Part shown: positions 28,807 to 37,738 of the stretch, piece after piece
How positions within the stretch are numbered: position 1 is the stretch's first letter
How the letters are laid out: each line of letters begins with the position of its first letter
From: an uncultured Gammaproteobacteria bacterium
GTDB taxonomy: Bacteria > Pseudomonadota > Gammaproteobacteria > UBA9214
Assembly: GCA_963710815.1 (NCBI GenBank)
Contig: CAVQCA010000154.1
Coordinates: 8,750 to 72,749, forward strand
DNA length: 64,000 nucleotides
Direction of reading: 5' to 3'
Program-made: the position numbers and the translations under genes
Notes under the pieces: model-generated
Told to the model about the DNA's origin: nothing
Database searches by the model: none
Seen by the model: the letters and a program-made list of their open reading frames with translations, nothing else

Positions 28807-29460
28807 CTAACCGGCCGTAGCAGTATTGCCGGAGGCAAGCGTTATTCTGATCGATTCCGGCAGGTTGTGAAAGTCTTCCGGGGTATCGACGTCGCTGTGC
28901 TCACGGAGGCGCAGCCAGTCCAGCGCCAGCCGCTGCAGGCGTGTGGAGGTCTCCCGTAACACATCCGGGCCACCCCAGGGCATATGCTCGAACAACCGCC
29001 GGTCCGCGTGCCGCACACCGATCAGATAGTAACCGCCGTCGGTGGCCGGCCCCACGACGACGTCCTTGCCGTACTGCAACGCCTGCAATGCCGCTTCGAG
29101 GTCCGCCGCCTCGAGCGACGGTATGTCGGTGCCGACAAGCACCGCCGATTCCGCCCGGTCCAGGGCCGCCGCCAGGGCGGCGTACATACGTTCGCCGAGA
29201 TCGCCCGGCACCTGTTCATAGAGTCCGATATCGTAGCGTTCTCGGCAAGACTCGAAGAAGGGATCATGAGATGACGGCGCGCACCACAACTCGACCGGAC
29301 ACAAACCGGCGCGCGTCACGGTATCCAGACAGCGGTGTATCAGGCGGGCATGGAGGTCGGCCGCGCCCTGCGCGCCAAGCCGGGGAATCAGCCGGGTCTT
29401 GACCTCGCCCGCGCGCGGCGCGCGGGCGAAGACCAGCAGGCGTGACGCCGGACAGGTCAT
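28807..29460 (-). CDS. TIGR04282/DUF2064-type glycosyltransferase (arsenosugar cluster)
   Basis: LLVFARAPRAGEVKTRL, GDLGERM, VLVGTDIP, GPATDGGYYLIG, DVDTPED; ATG overlaps the GT2 stop. Confidence 0.9.
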   Translation of the reverse strand: MTCPASRLLVFARAPRAGEVKTRLIPRLGAQGAADLHARLIHRCLDTVTRAGLCPVELWCAPSSHDPFFESCRERYDIGLYEQVPGDLGERMYAALAAALDRAESAVLVGTDIPSLEAADLEAALQALQYGKDVVVGPATDGGYYLIGVRHADRRLFEHMPWGGPDVLRETSTRLQRLALDWLRLREHSDVDTPEDFHNLPESIRITLASGNTATAG

Positions 29461-30167
29461 TGCCGGTTCGGCGGGTAGTGCCGCGCCAGCCGCATCGGCG
29501 AAACCCCGAGGAAATAGGCCAGGCGCAGCGACCACATGAGGACAATGGTGCGCACCGTCCCGTGACGCTGCCAGCGGCGCGCCGAGGTGATCAGACATTC
29601 GCGCAGGCAGACCGGCCGGGAGTGGCTTCTCAGGCGGCGGCTGAACGCGATGTCCTCCATCAGCGGCATCTGCGGGAAACCGCCAACGCAGTCGAACAGT
29701 TCGCGGGTTACGAAGATGCCCTGGTCACCGGTGGCGATCCGGGTCAGGCGGGAACGCAGGTTCATGAGTGTCGCGACGACAGCGAGCAACACCCCGGGCT
29801 CGGAGAAACGCACGTCAAACCGTCCCCATCGACGATCACCCCCGCGAAGCGCGGCATGGATGGCGCGGTCCGCTTTCCGGGGCGCCCGCGTATCGGCATG
29901 CAGAAACCACAGCACCGATCCCCGCGCCAGCGCCGCGCCGGCCTGCATCTGTCTGGCGCGGCCGGCAACGGTCGTGAGGACCCTGTCGGCAAGCGGTGCG
30001 CACAACGCCGCCGTATTGTCGCTGCTGCCGCCGTCGACGATGATGATCTCGTGGCCACGACGGCGCATCGCCTGCAAGGCCTGCAGCGTCTCCTTGATGC
30101 CGCCGGCCTCGTTGAGCGCCGGGACGATGATGGAAATGACCCCCGTTTCAGCAGCAGCAACCGTCAT
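29457..30167 (-). CDS. TIGR04283-type GT2 glycosyltransferase (arsenosugar cluster)
   Basis: ISIIVPALNEA, VDGGSSD, GRARQM, FLHADT, GDQGIF, PLMED, TSARRW. Confidence 0.9.
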   Translation of the reverse strand: MTVAAAETGVISIIVPALNEAGGIKETLQALQAMRRRGHEIIIVDGGSSDNTAALCAPLADRVLTTVAGRARQMQAGAALARGSVLWFLHADTRAPRKADRAIHAALRGGDRRWGRFDVRFSEPGVLLAVVATLMNLRSRLTRIATGDQGIFVTRELFDCVGGFPQMPLMEDIAFSRRLRSHSRPVCLRECLITSARRWQRHGTVRTIVLMWSLRLAYFLGVSPMRLARHYPPNRQ

Positions 30168-31257
30168 GGCCGGCATTGAGCGCGTCGTTTGACGCACTGT
30201 CGATGACCTGCACGGCGGGCGCGCGGCAGGTTGCCGCGGCGCCGGGCAGCCCCGCCTGTAGATCGATAAATGCGCCCCGGTAGGCGGCGTCCGTCAACTC
30301 GGCATGCCGTACCGCGGTGACGCGGCTGCGTTCGCCGCGCGTATGACGCTGACCCGCGTCATCGATGACCGCGGCAAAGGGCCCCCGGTAGATGAGGTAG
30401 CGGTCCTCCGCACCCGACGCCGCCCCCGTTCCCTTGCATGCGGTCAGCGTTACCGAGCGGAACTCGATACCCTCAATCACGCGCCAGGGTTGCGCCTCCC
30501 ACTTGTCATAGCTCACGGCGTGAAATCCGTTGTCGGCGAATGTCCGCAGAAATTCGTTCTCCTGGAATGCGCCGGAGATGCAGCCGCTCCATAATTCGGC
30601 ATCCTGCTTCAGCGTCGCCGGCACCGGGCGGTCGCTGACGATATCCGAGACCGCCACCCGCCCGCCCGGCCTGAGCACGCGAAAGATTTCCTGCACCAGT
30701 TGTTCCTTCTCGTCATCGGAAACCAGGTTCAGCACGCAATTCGAGATCACCAGGTCGACGGAGGCATCCGCGATCAGGGGCCGCTCCCGCCGCTGACTCG
30801 CCTCCCATGCCTTGAGTTCGGCGTAGGCCTGCCGGTCTCCGACCGGATGCTGGCGCAGGTAATGGTCGAGGGCGTCGACATCCAGTGCAAGATCCTGGAT
30901 ATAGCCCTTCAGGAACCGTACGCGGTCACCACCGAGTTTTCCGGCCATATCGGACTGGTGCCTGCGCGCCAGGGCCAGCATGTCGTCATTCATGTCCACC
31001 CCGATGACCTGACCGTGCGGCCCGACCAGTTGCGCCGCCATGTAGCAGATCTTGCCGCCGCCGCTGCCGAGATCGAGCACCACATCGCCCTCCCGTACAT
31101 AACGTGACGGGTCGCCGCAGCCGTAATCCCTGGCGATGATCTCCTCCGGCAGCAGCGCCAGCAGGCCGGTATCGTAGTCCACCGGGCAGCACAACGCCTC
31201 CTGCCGTTCGCGCGCGCCCTGGCTATAGCGTTCCTTTACGGTGTTTTCGATGTTCAT
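30148..31257 (-). CDS. arsM: Arsenite S-adenosylmethionine methyltransferase (ArsM-like) with C-terminal extension
   Basis: LCCP, YGCGDP, SAM motif LDLGSGGG, SNCVLNL, WSGCISGA give the four Cys positions expected of ArsM; ends in CCC. Confidence 0.85.
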   Translation of the reverse strand: MNIENTVKERYSQGARERQEALCCPVDYDTGLLALLPEEIIARDYGCGDPSRYVREGDVVLDLGSGGGKICYMAAQLVGPHGQVIGVDMNDDMLALARRHQSDMAGKLGGDRVRFLKGYIQDLALDVDALDHYLRQHPVGDRQAYAELKAWEASQRRERPLIADASVDLVISNCVLNLVSDDEKEQLVQEIFRVLRPGGRVAVSDIVSDRPVPATLKQDAELWSGCISGAFQENEFLRTFADNGFHAVSYDKWEAQPWRVIEGIEFRSVTLTACKGTGAASGAEDRYLIYRGPFAAVIDDAGQRHTRGERSRVTAVRHAELTDAAYRGAFIDLQAGLPGAAATCRAPAVQVIDSASNDALNAGHDGCCC

Positions 31258-31298
31258 TGCGATACCTCACCCCGTCTGAAGATTTCATTTGTTATCGA

Positions 31299-31496
31299 AT
31301 GGCCACGGAAGCACACGGAAATACACGGAATCATTTCATTGTAATTCGTGTTCATTCACAAATGAATAAACTCACCGCAAAGACGCAAAGTGTTTTATTG
31401 TTTTTGATAAAGAATTTCTCTGCGTTCTTTGCGTCTTTGCGGTGAAAATGGTGTTTATGGACGGACACTAATTATTCCGTGTGCTTCCGTGGCCAT
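31299..31496. repeat. Nested palindromic element: outer 22-bp inverted repeats enclosing a family B copy
   Basis: ATGGCCACGGAAGCACACGGAA (31299-31320) / TTCCGTGTGCTTCCGTGGCCAT (31475-31496), perfect. Inner TCACCGCAAAGACGCAAAG (31372-31390) / CTTTGCGTCTTTGCGGTGA (31427-31445), perfect. Confidence 0.92.
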
Positions 31497-31526
31497 AATA
31501 ACGAGCAGTCACGATCTCCATGACAA

Positions 31527-32492
31527 TCAACCGGCCAGCGCGCCGCCGCAGCTCGAGCCCTGGCCCGCGGTACAGGCGTAGCAGTGGTCGGCCACCCGGA
31601 TGGGGTTGCCGTTCAGATCCTTGCCGCCGAGGCGGGAAATATGGGTTTTCGCGGCACCGTCGATCGGCGCGGCCAGACCGAGCATCTGGTTGAAATCGCA
31701 GTCGTAGGCGTAGCCTTCCCAGTCGATGCTGAGCAGTGTGCGGCACATGACGCCGGCGAGATTCTCGTCGCGGTGCGCGGCGCGCAGCAGGTCCATGTAG
31801 CCGGCAAACTCTCCACGGGAGACCAGCATGCTGCCGAAGCGATTGATCGGTACATTGGCCAGCGTCAACAGGTGATTGAACACGATGCGGTGGTGTACCT
31901 CCAGGTAGTTGCGGTAGTCGCGCTCCAGGTCCGGCTGTGGCGGGGGCAGCACGGGGCCCTGCGGGTTGTAGACCAGGTTGAGGATCAGGCCGGTGTCGGA
32001 GCGGCCGTAACCCAGCCGGTTGAGCAGACGCAGGGCCTTGAGACTGTCCTCGTAGACTCCCTCGCCACGCTGCGCATCTACATTTCCCTTTATATAACAA
32101 GGCAATGACGCAACTATCTCGACTTTATTATCGGCAAGAAATTCGGCGGTATCCTCCTGCCCCGGCTCCAGCAGCACGGTCAGGTTGCAACGATCGATCA
32201 CCCGCAGGCCCCGGCTGCACGCGGCGCTTACCAGGCGCCGGAAACCGGGATTGAGCTCCGGGGCGCCGCCGGTCAGGTCAAGCGCGAGGATGTCGGCGGC
32301 GACCAGGTAGCGAATGACCTCGTCCACGGTCCCTGCGCCCATCATCTCCTTGCGTGTGGGGCCTGCATTGACGTGGCAATGCAGGCAGGACTGGTTGCAG
32401 CGATACCCCAGATTGACCTGCAGCGTTTCCAGCCGGGCGCGTCGAATGGCGGGAAAAGCGCTGTCCAGCAGTAATGGCAAGGTCGCATGCAT
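31527..32492 (-). CDS. arsS: Arsenosugar biosynthesis radical SAM protein (TIGR04167, DUF3641)
   Basis: LQVNLGYRCNQSCLHC (CxxxCxxC), LDLTGGAPEL, LNLVYNP, DCDFNQML, C-terminal HCYACTAGQGSSCGG. Confidence 0.92.
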   Translation of the reverse strand: MHATLPLLLDSAFPAIRRARLETLQVNLGYRCNQSCLHCHVNAGPTRKEMMGAGTVDEVIRYLVAADILALDLTGGAPELNPGFRRLVSAACSRGLRVIDRCNLTVLLEPGQEDTAEFLADNKVEIVASLPCYIKGNVDAQRGEGVYEDSLKALRLLNRLGYGRSDTGLILNLVYNPQGPVLPPPQPDLERDYRNYLEVHHRIVFNHLLTLANVPINRFGSMLVSRGEFAGYMDLLRAAHRDENLAGVMCRTLLSIDWEGYAYDCDFNQMLGLAAPIDGAAKTHISRLGGKDLNGNPIRVADHCYACTAGQGSSCGGALAG

Positions 32493-32523
32493 GGGTCGCT
32501 ATTCTACCAGTCCCGCCCGGATC

Positions 32524-33939
32524 TCATGGCAGCAGGCGGTTGATCAGTCGGGCCAGCAGGCGCACCCTGCCGGAAAAGAGTCGAGGCGCATAGCTGGCAT
32601 TGATCGCGCGCCGGTGGATCTGTGAAAGTGTCGGATAGGCGTGGATCAGGCGGCTGATGTCCCCTGCCTTCGCCTTGACCTGTATCGCCAGTGCCAGTTC
32701 ATGGATCAGCTCGCCGGCATGCGCGCCGACGAGGCTCGTCCCCGCCACCCGGCCGCGGACAAGCAGTATCTTGAGAAACCCCTCACCGACGTCATCCGTG
32801 ATGGCGCGGTCGATCTCGCTGAACGGAAAGCGCGCGACGCTGTAGCGCAGCCCCTGCGTCTGCGCCTGCTGCTCGGTCAGGCCGACCTCCGCGACCTCGG
32901 GGTCGGTATAGGTGACACGCGGGATCACCCGGTAATCGACCTTCCGGGGAATCCTGAACAGCAGGCTGGCAAGCACGATGCCGGCCTGGTACTCGGCCAT
33001 GTGCGTGAACTGGTAAGGCCCGCAGACGTCACCGATGGCGAAAATATGCGGCTGGCGGGTACGCAGGCGTGCATCGACCACCACCGCTTTGGTGTTGTGC
33101 TCCACCCCGGCCTCGTCGAGCCCGAGTCCGAAGACGGCAGGGCGGCGTCCGGCGGCCACGAGTATGCGTTCGCACTCGACACTCTCACCGTTGGTGAGAA
33201 ACAGCTGACGGCTGTCGCCGTCGCGCCGGGCACTCTCCACCTGGCAGGACAGGTGCAGGGTGATGCCCTCATCCTCCAGCACCTGGCGAAGCACGGCGGA
33301 GGCCTCGCTGTCGGCCACGGGCAGAATCCGCTCGGCGGCCTCGACGATCGTTACCCGGCTGCCCAGCCGGGCAAATGCCTGCGCCAGTTCGACGCCGATC
33401 GGTCCGCCGCCGATGACGGCCAGTCGGGGAGGCAGTTCCCGACGTTTGAAGATGGTCTCGTTGGTGTCATAACCCGCCTCGGCGATGCCCGGAATCGGCG
33501 GAACAACCGGCTGCGATCCGGTCGCGATCACGAAACGTTTGGCCCGGATGACCTCCTCATTGACGGTGACCTCTTGGGGATTGAGAAACCGGGCTGCGCC
33601 GAAGCGTACATCACAACCGTAGCGGCGAAAGCGCTCGGGGTCGTCATGCTGCTGGATATGGTCGATGACGCTGTCGACCCGGTCCAGCACCCGGTTGATG
33701 TCGATTTCCGGGGCGCAGGCGGTCAGACCGACCCGTGCGGCCCGGCGCATCCGGTGCGCGAGCCGTGCGGTATTGATGAGCGTCTTGCTGGGTACACAGC
33801 CGCTGTGCAGGCAATCGCCGCCGAGGCGTTCCGATTTCTCGATCAGCGTCACGCGCAGGCCCAGCTGCCCGGCAACGCTCGCGATGACCAGACCGCCCGG
33901 ACCGCCGCCGATCACCACCACGTCCTGTTTCCTGCTCAC
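32524..33939 (-). CDS. Pyridine nucleotide-disulfide oxidoreductase (dihydrolipoamide dehydrogenase/MerA-like family)
   Basis: GGGPGG FAD site, GGDCLHSGCVPSK, GGGPIGVELAQ, HAYPTL; no HMA domain and no C-terminal Cys-Cys. Confidence 0.88.
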   Translation of the reverse strand: MSRKQDVVVIGGGPGGLVIASVAGQLGLRVTLIEKSERLGGDCLHSGCVPSKTLINTARLAHRMRRAARVGLTACAPEIDINRVLDRVDSVIDHIQQHDDPERFRRYGCDVRFGAARFLNPQEVTVNEEVIRAKRFVIATGSQPVVPPIPGIAEAGYDTNETIFKRRELPPRLAVIGGGPIGVELAQAFARLGSRVTIVEAAERILPVADSEASAVLRQVLEDEGITLHLSCQVESARRDGDSRQLFLTNGESVECERILVAAGRRPAVFGLGLDEAGVEHNTKAVVVDARLRTRQPHIFAIGDVCGPYQFTHMAEYQAGIVLASLLFRIPRKVDYRVIPRVTYTDPEVAEVGLTEQQAQTQGLRYSVARFPFSEIDRAITDDVGEGFLKILLVRGRVAGTSLVGAHAGELIHELALAIQVKAKAGDISRLIHAYPTLSQIHRRAINASYAPRLFSGRVRLLARLINRLLP

Positions 33940-34803
33940 GGGCCTCTCCCTTTTTCACGCCGGTCCCAGTCGCGGCGGTTGATGGCGTACTCGCCCAGTT
34001 TGCCGATCAACGGCATACCCAGCATGCCGCGCAGGGTGACGCAGTGCGCGGCATCGCGAAAGGTGTCGATGCCGATCACCATGCCTTCATGTCCCTCCTC
34101 CGGCTGCTCCCGGTAGGTGCCGAACAGCCGGTCCCAGACCGAGAGGTTGAAACCGAAGTTGCTGTTCGTTTCATGGCCGAGGTGCGAGTGATGCACGCGG
34201 TGCATGTCAGGCGTCACGATCAGCCAGCGCAGCAGGGCATCGAGAACGGCGGGCAGACGCACATTGCTGTGATTGAACATGGCGGTGGCATTCAGCAACA
34301 CCTCGAACACCACGACGGCGACGATCGGCGGCCCCAGCAGCACGATGACGGCGAACTTGATGAGCATGGAAAGCAGGATTTCGACCGGGTGAAACCGCGA
34401 ACCGGTGGTGACGTCGAAATCGAGGTCGGCATGATGCACGCGGTGCAGGCGCCAGAACAGGGGCACGGCGTGGAACATGACATGCTGCAGGTAGATGGCC
34501 GCGTCCAGGATGATCACCGAGGCGGACAGCGCCAGCCAGGCGGGTGCTTCGACCCGGTTGAACAGTCCCCAGCCGTTGAGTTCGGCGGAGACCGCCACAC
34601 CCACCGCCGCCAGCGGAAATATCAGCCGTCAGCAGCGCCGTATTGAACACCACCAGTCCAAGGTTATTCAGCCAGCGCTGCTTTTTCGACTGCGACAGCC
34701 GACGGCGCGGCACCAGCAGTTCCCACACGGCCATAACGGCGAATACCCCGAAAAAGCATGAGAGGCGGATGGCCGGTTCGTGATTCAGGATGAAGTCATT
34801 CAT
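33936..34803 (-). pseudogene. Sterol desaturase / fatty-acid hydroxylase family protein, +1 frameshift at ~34629 (real or sequencing error)
   Basis: The frames join as ...NTALL|RLIFPLAAVGVA...; His boxes HVMFH, HRVHH and HRVHH; total span 868 nt = 3n+1. Confidence 0.85.
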
Positions 34804-34829
34804 GCGGAAACTGCCAGGCTAAATGCTGA

Positions 34830-35792
34830 TTATGCCTCTTTCTCGCCGACGGAAGCGACCGCCGCCAGGGCGTCGAGAAGTACCCCGGGTCCCGCGCCCG
34901 CCCGGTGGGTGTGTTCGCTCAGATGCCGCCGCCAGACGCGCGCGCCGGGTACGCCCTGAAACAGACCCAGCATATGCCGCGTGATATGGTTGAGTGTGGT
35001 GCCCGCGCCAAGCTCCCGCTCGATGTAGGGCAACATGCGCTCCACGATCCGGGGACGGGATGCCGCCGGGTCGGGTGCATCGAAGAAGCGGGCATCGGCT
35101 TCGGCAAGTACATAGGGATTATGGTAGGCCGAACGGCCCAGCATGACACCCTCCACGCGCCGGAGGTGCGTCGCGGCCTCGTCCAGTCGCGTGATGCCAC
35201 CATTCAGAATGATCGTCAGACCGGGGAACGCGTTTTTCAGGCGGTAGACGACATCGTATCTCAGCGGCGGCACGCTGCGGTTCTGCTTCGGGCTCAACCC
35301 CTTGAGGATGGCCTTGCGTGCGTGCACGATAAAGATTCGACAGCCGGCACCGGCCAGTCGTTCCACGAAAGCAGCCAGTCCGTCATAACTGTCCTGATCG
35401 TCGATACCGATCCGGAGCTTGACCGTGACCGGTACGGTGACCGCAGCGCTCATGGCCGCCACACAGCCAGCCACACGTTCGGGCTCCGCCATGAGACAGG
35501 CGCCGAAACGTCCGGAACGCACCCGGTCGCTGGGACAGCCCAGGTTGAGATTGATCTCGTCGTAACCCTGCGCCTCACCCAGGCGTGCGCAGACTGCCAG
35601 CTCGCGTGGTTCGCTGCCGCCGAGCTGCAGGGCGATCGGGTGCTCCGCGGCGTGAAAGGCCAGCAAACGCTCCGGGGCGCCCTGCAGCAGCGCCGCGGTG
35701 GTCACCATCTCACTGTAGAGCCGGCAGCGCCGGGAGATCTGACGCAGAAAGTAACGGTAGTGGCGATCGGTCCACCCCATCATCGGCGCCAC
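34830..35792 (-). CDS. dusA: tRNA dihydrouridine(20/20a) synthase
   Basis: APMMGWTDRH, QLGGS, EINLNLGCPSDRV, HARKAILKGLSPKQNR, GVMLGRSAY. Start uncertain: there is no in-frame ATG between the TGA at 35868-35870 and the conserved SVAPM. Confidence 0.93.
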   Translation of the reverse strand: MAPMMGWTDRHYRYFLRQISRRCRLYSEMVTTAALLQGAPERLLAFHAAEHPIALQLGGSEPRELAVCARLGEAQGYDEINLNLGCPSDRVRSGRFGACLMAEPERVAGCVAAMSAAVTVPVTVKLRIGIDDQDSYDGLAAFVERLAGAGCRIFIVHARKAILKGLSPKQNRSVPPLRYDVVYRLKNAFPGLTIILNGGITRLDEAATHLRRVEGVMLGRSAYHNPYVLAEADARFFDAPDPAASRPRIVERMLPYIERELGAGTTLNHITRHMLGLFQGVPGARVWRRHLSEHTHRAGAGPGVLLDALAAVASVGEKEA

Positions 35793-36012
35793 GGAAAGAC
35801 AATGCCCGGCAGTAGCCGATACCGTTTCGTCGTTCCGTCGCCGGGGCTGTGATATACCATACCCGTGTCACGATACCTGTTACTCATCGCCTTGAGTAGT
35901 TGATCTGCATCACACTTTCCAAAATAGCGCTTTTGTATTTTTTCCTGCGATGATATAGTCGCCATTGAGTGTCAGAATTAAGCAAATTACCCAGTTTACC
36001 AAGGAGTTAGCT

Positions 36013-36321
36013 ATGGATAGTACCCGCTCTGCGCTGTTTGCCTTTTCGCTTGCCATCCTTTTTGCGGGACCTGCCAGTGCTGATACGCTGTCGATGGACT
36101 CCCCCCAGTCCGCGTCCCGGATAGCCACGCCCCAGAGGGGGATGACGATGGACGCCGTGCGCGCCAGGTTCGGCAACCCGGTGAAGGAATACCCCGCCGT
36201 ACCCACCAAGGGGGATCGTCTGCACCCACCGATCACCCGCTGGGACTACGACGGCTACTCGGTGTACTTTGAAAATAACATCGTTGTGCACTCCGTGGTG
36301 ACCCCCCCGGAGGCCAGGTAA
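36013..36321 (+). CDS. Small exported conserved protein (SmpA/BamE-like pattern)
   Basis: AAGGAG RBS, signal peptide, PQRGMTMDAVRARFGNP, PPITRWDY, VYFE. Confidence 0.75.
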   Translation: MDSTRSALFAFSLAILFAGPASADTLSMDSPQSASRIATPQRGMTMDAVRARFGNPVKEYPAVPTKGDRLHPPITRWDYDGYSVYFENNIVVHSVVTPPEAR

Positions 36322-36367
36322 CCTACCCTCCCCGCAGATCATTTCCTTTCCCTGCCTGGCGAACGCC

Positions 36368-37402
36368 ATGCACGCGAGTCGTTTCGTCCCCGAAACGGCG
36401 CCCCAGTCCGGTATCCTGCTGACCTGGCCGCACGCACACAGCGCCTGGGCTGACAGCCTGGAGGCTGTCAGCACGGTGTATCTCGACATTGCCCGAGCCG
36501 TCTCGGCGCACGAGAAACTGCTCATCGTCTGCTACGACAGCGACCACACCGAAGCAGTCCGGCAGGCATGCGCACAGGCCGGCATACCGCTCGACGCCAT
36601 ACGCTTTTTCATTGCCCGCACGAATGACACCTGGATTCGCGACTACGGCCCCCTGGCGGTTGCAGACGGTGACGGCATACGCCTGCTCGATTTCGTCTTC
36701 GACGGTTGGGGAAAAAAATACCCGGCCGGGCTGGATAACGAGGTCACGCACATGCTCGAATCGGCGGAGGTCTTCGGCGCCGCCGCCTGCCGGCACATCC
36801 CGCGGGTGCTCGAGGGTGGCAGCATCGACACCGACGGCCAGGGCAGTCTCCTGACCACCTCGCACTGCCTGATCACGAACAGCCGCAACCCGGGCTATGA
36901 CAAACCGGCATTTGAACAGCTGTTTGCCGCTGAGCTGGGCATAGAACGTGTGCTCTGGCTCGATCACGGGGAACTCGAGGGGGACGACACCGATGCCCAC
37001 ATCGACATGCTGGCCCGTTTCTGTTCCCCGCACACCATCGCCTACACGCAAGGTACCAACAAGCGCGACAGCCACTACGCGGGATTCAAGGCGATGGAAG
37101 CGCAACTGCGCACATTCAGGACCCGGGAGGGCCACCCCTATCACCTGCTCCCCCTGCCGCTGCCGGCGCCGGTGCGCACCGCCGCCGGCGAACGACTGCC
37201 GGCGAGCTACGCCAACTTCCTCATCATCAACGGCGCGGTGCTGGTACCGGTCTACGATGACCCGGCCGACGCCATCGCGCTCGAACACCTCGCCGGGGCC
37301 TTTCCCGACCGACGAGTGATTGCGGTCAACTGCCTGCCACTGATCCACCAGTTCGGCAGCCTGCACTGCGCTACAATGCAGTTGCCGGCGGGTATCCTCT
37401 AG
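36368..37402 (+). CDS. aguA: Agmatine deiminase / peptidylarginine deiminase family
   Basis: WPH, DTWIRDYGP, LEGGSIDTDG, GDDTDAHID, ASYANFL, GSLHCATMQ. Confidence 0.92.
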   Translation: MHASRFVPETAPQSGILLTWPHAHSAWADSLEAVSTVYLDIARAVSAHEKLLIVCYDSDHTEAVRQACAQAGIPLDAIRFFIARTNDTWIRDYGPLAVADGDGIRLLDFVFDGWGKKYPAGLDNEVTHMLESAEVFGAAACRHIPRVLEGGSIDTDGQGSLLTTSHCLITNSRNPGYDKPAFEQLFAAELGIERVLWLDHGELEGDDTDAHIDMLARFCSPHTIAYTQGTNKRDSHYAGFKAMEAQLRTFRTREGHPYHLLPLPLPAPVRTAAGERLPASYANFLIINGAVLVPVYDDPADAIALEHLAGAFPDRRVIAVNCLPLIHQFGSLHCATMQLPAGIL

Positions 37403-37566
37403 GAGCCTGTCGGGTTTAGGATTGATCTACTGCGCTGGCGGGAGAGCGGCCCATAGTTCCCCGATATCTCGTTGCATAGCACCACTATGCGCCTCGATAT
37501 CGTGAAACCCTGTGCTCGCTCTCCCACCATGCTCGCTACGACCACCTAAATCCGACAGACCCCTAG
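37399..37566. repeat. Long-hairpin repeat family A, CTAG-bounded MITE-like copy
   Basis: Terminal IRs CTAGGAGCCTGTCGGGTTTAGG / CCTAAATCCGACAGACCCCTAG (19/22), inner GGGAGAGCG/CGCTCTCCC, apex GCATAG-CACCA-CTATGC; the left CTAG contains the aguA stop. Confidence 0.88.
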
Positions 37567-37605
37567 CGGTTCCGTCAAATTTTTTCGTGTTAGCCGTAAA
37601 ACCCG

Positions 37606-37690
37606 TTCAACGCAAAGACGCAAAGATTCCTGATTATTTCTAGCAATGAATTTCTTTGCGTTCTTTGCGTCTTTGCGTCTTTGCGGTTAA
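37606..37690. repeat. Palindromic repeat family B, third copy
   Basis: AACGCAAAGACGCAAAG ... CTTTGCGTTCTTTGCGTCTTTGCGTCTTTGCGGTT. Confidence 0.85.
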
Positions 37691-37738
37691 TTGTTCTGTT
37701 TTATGCCAATACAACAACCATCTAAACTACCCGCGCCT

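Noticed and set aside
30140-30160. Possible selenocysteine read-through at the arsM TGA after CCC
   Set aside because: No SECIS-like hairpin is evident, the read-through sequence is not protein-like, and the region is occupied by the GT2 start.
31299-31496. CRISPR array from the repeated CACGGAA / CTTTGCGT units
   Set aside because: The units are 7-10 bp and adjacent or inverted, with no unique 30-40 bp spacers and no cas genes.
32524-33939. Mercury resistance (merA)
   Set aside because: Lacks the C-terminal Cys pair and NmerA domain; no merR, merT or merP nearby.
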